Source: Clostridiales bacterium
GTDB taxonomy: Bacteria; Bacillota; Clostridia; Christensenellales; Aristaeellaceae
Assembly (NCBI GenBank): GCA_004556155.1
Contig: SFIM01000024.1
Span: 4,082 to 36,081, forward strand
DNA length: 32,000 bases
Direction: 5' to 3'
Shown one piece after another: positions 26,969-32,000 of this stretch (its first letter is position 1; each line of letters opens with the position of its first letter). The position numbers and the translations under genes are program-made. The notes beneath the pieces were generated by a model. It worked only from the letters and a program-made list of their open reading frames with translations, was not told the DNA's origin and made no database searches.

Positions 26969-27792
26969 TCTGCTACGAAAGCCATGAAATTGCCCGCAAT
27001 CAGGGCTTTATTGACCTGTGGCTGCGCGAAAGCGCGCGGCGTGGCATTGCGCTTACCCTGGCACGGCTGGAGGAAACGAGCTTTGGCCTGCGCGATAACG
27101 CGCCCTATCTGCGCATTGGCGGGCAGGATGCGCACCCTGACTTTGCGGTGATGCGCATGAAGCAGCCGCTTTTATCCCGCCACCTGGAGCGGATGGGCGT
27201 GCGCGTGTTCAACAATGCCTATACCAGCGAAATCCTCAATGATAAGCGCCGCACGCACGCGCTGTTCAGCCATCTGTCGCCCATGATGGATACCGCCTAT
27301 ATCACCGGCGATGCGCCTTGTCCCTTTGATTATCCTGTGGTGGTCAAGGCGGCGGGGGGCTGCGGCGGGCGGCAGGTACGGTTGTGCGGCGATGAGGCGG
27401 CCTACCGCGCGGCGATCCGGGAGTTTTCCTTCCAGGCTGTCGCGCAGCCGCTGTGCGATACGCCGGGGCGCGATCTGCGCGTGTACATGCTGGGCACCGC
27501 CTGCGTGCAGGCCATGCTGCGGCAATCAGACAGCGCGGATTTTCGCAGCAATTTCGGGCTGCATCACTGCGCGCAGCCGGTGGAGATTCCCCCTGAGGCG
27601 CGCCGCGTGGCCTGCGTTGTGGCGGAGGAGCTGCGTTCGGCGCTGATCGGGGTGGATTTCATTTACGATCATGGCCGGCTGCTCTTCAATGAGGCCGAGG
27701 ACGCGGTGGGCACGCGCATGCTGTATCAATATACCAAGCTGGATATCGTGCGCCTGTATATGGATTATATCGTTGCTCAAATGGGAGATTGA
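26956..27792 (+). CDS. RimK-type ATP-grasp ligase (divergent paralog 2)
   Basis: YPVVVKAAGGCGGRQVRLCGD, DLRVYMLGTACVQAMLRQSDSADFRSNFGLHH and GVDFIYDHGRLLFNEAEDAVG align with ATP-grasp blocks. GGAGA lies 5 nt before the ATG, and the gene overlaps paralog 1 by 13 nt. Confidence 0.8.
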   Translation: MRGIICYESHEIARNQGFIDLWLRESARRGIALTLARLEETSFGLRDNAPYLRIGGQDAHPDFAVMRMKQPLLSRHLERMGVRVFNNAYTSEILNDKRRTHALFSHLSPMMDTAYITGDAPCPFDYPVVVKAAGGCGGRQVRLCGDEAAYRAAIREFSFQAVAQPLCDTPGRDLRVYMLGTACVQAMLRQSDSADFRSNFGLHHCAQPVEIPPEARRVACVVAEELRSALIGVDFIYDHGRLLFNEAEDAVGTRMLYQYTKLDIVRLYMDYIVAQMGD

Positions 27793-27804
27793 AAAACGAA
27801 AGAA

Positions 27805-27846
27805 CGCCGCCAGATTGATCAAAAGATCAGCCTGGCGGCATTTTTG
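27805..27846. terminator. Bidirectional intrinsic terminator between convergent operons
   Basis: GCCGCCAG ... CTGGCGGC outer stem with an inner TGATC/GATCA stem. It is followed by ATTTTTGCTTTT on the plus strand and by a T-rich run on the minus strand. Confidence 0.8.
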
Positions 27847-27849
27847 CTT

Positions 27850-29499
27850 TTAATGCGCCGGTTCGATGGGGATGACGCGCCCGGTCTGCGCGCCGGTTCT
27901 GTGGGAAATGGAGATGACCGTGCGGTCGGCGGACACGCGCCGGAGCGCCTGCAGCACGGCGTTTTCAGTTTCCGCATCCAGGTTGGCCGTGATCTCATCC
28001 AGCAGCAGGATGCGCGGATTGGCGGCTGCGGCGCGGGCGATGGATAGCAGCTGCCATTGTCCCTGCGAAAACAGCTCGGGTGTGCAGGGGGTATCGTAGC
28101 CCTGCGGCAGGCTTTCGATGGTATCCGAAAGCCCGGCCAGCTTGGCCGCCGTGCGCACGGCCTGATCCGAAATGGCGGGATCATACAGCGTGATCTGATC
28201 GCGCACAGTGCCGGGCACCTGATGGAAGCGCTGCTCCACATAGCCGAACAGCGCGCGGCGATCCTGATCTGCGATATCCGCCGCCGGCACGCCTTCGATC
28301 AGCACGCTGCCAGACTGCGGCGCGTAAAGCCCCAGCAGCAGCTTAAACACCGTGCTTTTGCCTGCGCCTGTACGCCCGGCAAGCGTTACCTGCTCACCCG
28401 CCTGTACCTGCAGGCAGATGCTTTGCAGCACCGTGTGGTCGTCATAGCCAAAGGCGACGTTGCGCAGTTCCACCTGCGGCTGTCCAGCGGGCAGACTGGC
28501 AGGCAGAGAGACGGGCTTGCGGGGGGCAGGCTCGCTTTGCGACAGGAATTCATTGATGCGGCGTACGCCCGCGACGGCGGACTGGATGGCCTGAATTTCC
28601 ATGCCCAGGCTTTCCACGGGGGTGAAAATCTGGGAGATATAGTTGATTACCGCCACCGCCGTGCCAGCCGACATGCCAAACAGCGTCAGCACCCTGGCGT
28701 TGCCGGAGACGGATAGCAGCATGACCGCGGCCACAACCACGGCGTTTAGAATCAGAATTACCGGAGAGTAAATCGCGTCGTAAAAATTGGTCTTTTCCAT
28801 GGCGCGATAGCTATCCTCAATGTAATCGTCATAGCGCTGCTCCATGTAAGCTTCCTTGCCCAGGGTGTGGATGGTGCGGATGTTATGCAGCGATTCGGGC
28901 ACATGACCCGCGGCGCGGCTGACGGCGCGGCGATTGTCCAGCTGGGCTGCAAGCATGTTCTTTTGCACATGCCGCGTAAACCAGAAAAGGAATGGCAGCA
29001 ACAGCACCAGAATCAGCGCAAGTCCGCGGTTTTGAAACCATACCACAGCCAGAATGCTGATGATCTTGCATGCATCGGCAAACATGCTGACGATGCCGCT
29101 GGTGAACAGGTTTTCAACGGCGTCTACATCGCCCACGAAGCGCGATACCAGCGCGCCCGGCTCAATGTGGCTCAGCGTATCAGCGCTTAGACGCACCATC
29201 TTGCCCATCAGGCGGCTGCGCAGCGCGTGGGTGATCTTTTGCCCAAACAGCGTCAGCCCGCCCTCGCGCAGCGATTCCAGCAATCCAGCCAGCGCCAGCA
29301 GCGCAAAGTACAGACCCGCCATGCCGATGGAAACGCTTTGCCCGGCCGTGAGGGAATCGATGATTTTGCCCAAAATCAGCGGCGGAAACAGCGAAAATGC
29401 AATGGCTCCGGCCACGGCGCATACAATCCCCAGCGACAGCACCTTTTTACGCCGCACGGTTTGCCAGATAACGCTGCTAACGCGATCCTTATTTTTCAT
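27850..29499 (-). CDS. ABC exporter half-transporter (TMD-NBD), subunit 2 of a heterodimer
   Basis: Walker A GRTGAGKST, a non-canonical signature FSQGQ, canonical Walker B ILLLDE, and H-loop ISISHR. The ATG at 29499 lies after GGAGGGAGG and overlaps the subunit-1 stop by 11 nt. Confidence 0.92.
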   Translation of the reverse strand: MKNKDRVSSVIWQTVRRKKVLSLGIVCAVAGAIAFSLFPPLILGKIIDSLTAGQSVSIGMAGLYFALLALAGLLESLREGGLTLFGQKITHALRSRLMGKMVRLSADTLSHIEPGALVSRFVGDVDAVENLFTSGIVSMFADACKIISILAVVWFQNRGLALILVLLLPFLFWFTRHVQKNMLAAQLDNRRAVSRAAGHVPESLHNIRTIHTLGKEAYMEQRYDDYIEDSYRAMEKTNFYDAIYSPVILILNAVVVAAVMLLSVSGNARVLTLFGMSAGTAVAVINYISQIFTPVESLGMEIQAIQSAVAGVRRINEFLSQSEPAPRKPVSLPASLPAGQPQVELRNVAFGYDDHTVLQSICLQVQAGEQVTLAGRTGAGKSTVFKLLLGLYAPQSGSVLIEGVPAADIADQDRRALFGYVEQRFHQVPGTVRDQITLYDPAISDQAVRTAAKLAGLSDTIESLPQGYDTPCTPELFSQGQWQLLSIARAAAANPRILLLDEITANLDAETENAVLQALRRVSADRTVISISHRTGAQTGRVIPIEPAH

Positions 29500-31228
29500 T
29501 GGAAGCGCCTCCCTCCTGCTCATGGAACAGCCGCGCGTATTCGGCGTTGCTTTGCAGCAATTGCGCATGCGTGCTCACCAGCGCCTGGCCGTGATCCACG
29601 AAAATCACCTGATCCATCTGCGGAAACAGGTACAGCCGGTGCGAGATCAGCAGCACGATGCTGTCCCTGCACAGCTCCTTCAGATGGGCGAACACCTGCG
29701 CCTCGGTCTGCTTATCCAGGGCGGAGAAGGGATCGTCCAGGATCATCACAGGCTTGCGGTGGCACAGCGTGCGCGCCAGCGCTAAGCGCTGCGCCTGACC
29801 GCCCGATAGCCGCACGCCGCCGCTGCCCACGCGGGTTTGCAGGCCATCCTCCATGGCGGCGACCTCCTGATCCAGACATACCGCCCGCAAATAGGCGTTG
29901 GCGTCCCGATCGTCGCCCAGCAGGATATTGTTTTCGATCGAATCGTTGAACAGCTCGGGATCGTGTCCCAAATAGCCAGCCATGCCGACCAGCTCAGCGG
30001 GGCGCAGGGAAGATAGCTCGCGATCTCCGAACTTCAGGCTGCCCTGATAAGGATACTCGCACAGGAGCATCCTGCCCAGCGTTGATTTGCCGCAGGCAAC
30101 CGGGCCGGTGATACCGATGATTTGGCCGGGCTGGGCGCTAAGGCTCATATCCGCAAAGATATTGCTTCCGCCGGGATAGGCAAACCCGGCATGCGTGGCC
30201 GTAAGCGCGGCCGCGGACAGCGCAGGCACAGGCTCATCGGCTTCGGCCTGATGCATCAGAGGCTTGATGCGCCGCCAGGATACCTGTGCCTTGTGCACGG
30301 CATTGAACAGCTTGGCCGCGCTGGAAGATTTGGCTGCCAGCCGCGTAAAGCAGGCCAGGAAGGTGGTGAATACGGCGATATCCCAACTGGTCCAGCCTGT
30401 GCCGCGGATATTGCGCGCGCCGAAGAAGATGATCAGCAGCGTGCCGGCCATGGAGATGATGCGGTACAGGGGAGGCAGCACGGCGCTCCAGATATTGGCC
30501 TTGACGGCGGCGGATTCATAGCCGGACAGCTCCTTTTCATAGGCGGACTGTCGCTCATTCTCACAGCCGAACACGCGATAGGTAACGGCGTTTTCGGCGC
30601 GATCCAGCGTGGCGGCGTTCAGATGCGCCGAGGCTTCTTTAAAAGCCGCGCCCGTGCGCTGCACAACGGTCTTCATCTTTTCGGCAATCAGGAAGGAAAG
30701 CGGCGGGAAAAGCATGCTCAGCAGCGCCAGCCGCCAATCGTAGCTGAGCAGCATGACGGCGTATGCGAACAGGGCCACGCCGGTATCAAAGACCTCGGTG
30801 GTAAACTTGCGCATGCCCTCCACGCAGTCGTCCACATCTTGAATGGCTTTGGTCATCGCACTGCCTACGCCTTCGCCCTCCAGCTCGGCGCGGCTTTTGC
30901 GGATCAGGCTGCCGTACAGAATGCGCTTCATGCGGCGGTTTACATCATTGGCAAAGCGGCGCACACAAAAGCGCTTAATATAACGTGCGCCCTGCACCAG
31001 CGCGGTGACGGCTGCATAGCAGACGGCCAGCCTTAGCATGGAGGTAAACGTGCCGCTGCCGCCCAGAATATCCACAAGCCGTCCGGCCATGCGGCCCTCA
31101 AACCACGGAGCAGCCAGCAGGCCGATATTATAAATCAGCCCGGATACCGTGACGGCGGCCAGTGTGACCCATTCGGCCTTGAAATAGGAAAGAACGCGGT
31201 TGGCCTGAAAGTCCTTTTTCTTATTCAT
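29489..31228 (-). CDS. ABC exporter half-transporter (TMD-NBD), subunit 1 of a heterodimer
   Basis: Walker A GPVACGKST, canonical signature LSGGQ, and Walker B VMILDD (catalytic Glu replaced by Asp). The ATG at 31228 lies after GAGGGGGA and overlaps the MarR stop. Confidence 0.92.
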   Translation of the reverse strand: MNKKKDFQANRVLSYFKAEWVTLAAVTVSGLIYNIGLLAAPWFEGRMAGRLVDILGGSGTFTSMLRLAVCYAAVTALVQGARYIKRFCVRRFANDVNRRMKRILYGSLIRKSRAELEGEGVGSAMTKAIQDVDDCVEGMRKFTTEVFDTGVALFAYAVMLLSYDWRLALLSMLFPPLSFLIAEKMKTVVQRTGAAFKEASAHLNAATLDRAENAVTYRVFGCENERQSAYEKELSGYESAAVKANIWSAVLPPLYRIISMAGTLLIIFFGARNIRGTGWTSWDIAVFTTFLACFTRLAAKSSSAAKLFNAVHKAQVSWRRIKPLMHQAEADEPVPALSAAALTATHAGFAYPGGSNIFADMSLSAQPGQIIGITGPVACGKSTLGRMLLCEYPYQGSLKFGDRELSSLRPAELVGMAGYLGHDPELFNDSIENNILLGDDRDANAYLRAVCLDQEVAAMEDGLQTRVGSGGVRLSGGQAQRLALARTLCHRKPVMILDDPFSALDKQTEAQVFAHLKELCRDSIVLLISHRLYLFPQMDQVIFVDHGQALVSTHAQLLQSNAEYARLFHEQEGGASNEK

Positions 31229-31700
31229 GCGTTTGTTCCCCCTCGCCCGCAATCAGCGTGCGCACGGCGGGGAAGCCCGCGCGGCTTTCCTGCTTGGCGC
31301 GCAGATAAAGGGTATCCAGCGTGGCCAGGAAGGCTTCGCGCTCTTTCTCCGACAATGTGGACAGAAGCCATTCATAAAACACGGCCTCCAAGTGCGCTTT
31401 GGAGTTTTTTAATCCTTCAGCCTGTTCGGTGGCGTACAGCAGCTGGCTGCGCCCATCGTTGGGATTGGCCTGACGCACCAGATAACCCTTGGCCTCCAGA
31501 CTGGATGCGCGCCGCGCAGCTGCGCCTTTATCAATCTTGAGCCGCTCACGTACCTCGGCCTGTGTGATGCCGGGATTGTGGCGAACCAGATGGATAAAGT
31601 CGAACTCCGCTGTACCGATCCCTTCGGCTTTCATTGTTTGTACGGTGAAGGCGCTCACCTCGCGCGCAATCTTGGTGATCTTGCGTTCGCTTCTGTCCAT
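31221..31700 (-). CDS. MarR-family transcriptional regulator
   Basis: 159 aa with the wHTH region FDFIHLVRHNPGITQAEVRERLKIDKGAAARRASSLEAKGYLVRQANPNDGRSQLLYAT. AAAGGAG lies 8 nt before the ATG. Confidence 0.9.
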   Translation of the reverse strand: MDRSERKITKIAREVSAFTVQTMKAEGIGTAEFDFIHLVRHNPGITQAEVRERLKIDKGAAARRASSLEAKGYLVRQANPNDGRSQLLYATEQAEGLKNSKAHLEAVFYEWLLSTLSEKEREAFLATLDTLYLRAKQESRAGFPAVRTLIAGEGEQTHE

Positions 31701-31732
31701 ATCGGTAACTCCTTTGGACTACCTGCAAATTA

Positions 31733-31746
31733 GATGCATATACATC
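31733..31746. promoter_or_regulatory. Candidate MarR operator (quasi-palindrome at the predicted transcription start)
   Basis: GATGCATATACATC is palindromic in 12 of 14 positions. It lies immediately downstream of the marR -10 element. Confidence 0.35.
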
Positions 31747-31753
31747 CAACAAG

Positions 31754-31782
31754 ATGATAGTACAACTAAATGAAAATGTCAA
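31754..31782 (-). promoter_or_regulatory. Sigma-A promoter of the marR-ABC exporter operon
   Basis: The reverse strand reads TTGACA (31782-31777), a 17-nt spacer, then TATCAT (31759-31754). Confidence 0.6.
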
Positions 31783-31825
31783 ATGCAACGCAAAGCGAAA
31801 AATCAAAAATATTTGCATTTGCCTA

Positions 31826-31854
31826 TTGCTTTTTTTCTTCGCTTTTGCTATAAT
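31826..31854 (+). promoter_or_regulatory. Strong divergent plus-strand promoter at the window end
   Basis: TTGCTT (31826-31831), a 17-nt spacer, then TGCTATAAT (extended -10, with TATAAT at 31849-31854). Confidence 0.6.
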
Positions 31855-31872
31855 GATCAGGTACTAGCGATG

Positions 31873-32000
31873 TGGGGCATTAGCACAGTTGGTAGAACAA
31901 GCCTTCAGTTGTTTATCCCCGCCGGTGGTTCCCGGAGAAAAGCAGTTTCTGTCAGATCTGCACAAAATTCGACAAGGAAATTTGGGGCATTAGCACAGTT
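31873..32000 (+). repeat. 18-nt exact direct repeat with 110-nt period; the repeat resembles a tRNA 5' acceptor/D-arm segment
   Basis: TGGGGCATTAGCACAGTT occurs at 31873-31890 and at 31983-32000, where it is cut by the window end. The first copy continues GGTAGAAC, so it resembles GGGGCNTTAGCTCAGTTGGTAGAGC. Confidence 0.6.

Noticed and set aside
31874-31950. A functional tRNA gene starting with GGGGCATTAGCACAGTTGGTAGAAC
   Set aside because: The D-stem cannot pair (GCAC/GAAC). The anticodon-like hairpin has an 8-nt loop. There is no GTTCRANNC T-loop with a 5-bp stem, and no 3' strand complementary to GGGGCAT within 110 nt. It is reported as a tRNA-like repeat, not as a tRNA.
31873-32000. CRISPR array (and likewise the 26-bp tandem repeat at 3791-3842)
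   Set aside because: Only two copies are visible in each case. The 110-nt period is far longer than repeat-plus-spacer units, and the 3791 repeat has no spacers at all. No cas genes are present in the window.

Overview
GC-rich chromosomal segment in Firmicutes/Clostridia style, probably from an anaerobe (taxonomy is inference only). It shows GGAGG-type Shine-Dalgarno sites, near-consensus TTGACA-17-TATAAT or TGnTATAAT promoters in short AT-rich spacers, and many overlapping cistrons. I resolve 27 protein genes. Minus strand 1-3697: prfA (partial), lepA, and a GT2/GtrA-like glycosyltransferase. Plus strand 3971-11692: a NifU-like/GGGtGRT pair, gnd, a P-loop protein, a NUDIX hydrolase, an OmpR-type response regulator, a histidine kinase and a 4Fe-4S protein. 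11779-21410: an accessory locus with a CUT1-type ABC importer (permease, permease, binding protein), a GntR/HutC regulator, a LamG-metallophosphoesterase fusion, a Cys-type sulfatase and an FAD oxidoreductase. 21417-22744: an MFS transporter behind a long structured leader. After that come DegV, then a nitroreductase-rarA-two RimK-like ATP-grasp operon, then a MarR plus heterodimeric ABC exporter operon. I saw no rRNA, functional tRNA, CRISPR array, transposase, integrase or phage gene. Most long ORFs in the track that lie opposite these genes are antisense shadows. Candidates for new biology, in my order of interest: (1) the promoter-leader-terminator element with a 31-codon uORF in front of the MFS gene; (2) the cytoplasmic sulfatase / FAD oxidoreductase / LamG-phosphoesterase / importer locus, which has no glycoside hydrolase; (3) the strongly signalled bicistron NifU-like + GGGtGRT, a family of unknown function; (4) the translationally coupled tandem ATP-grasp ligases with no visible substrate gene; (5) a strong promoter driving a tRNA-like 5' fragment that recurs 110 nt later at the window edge. 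None can be proven from sequence alone, so decisive checks are listed for each.
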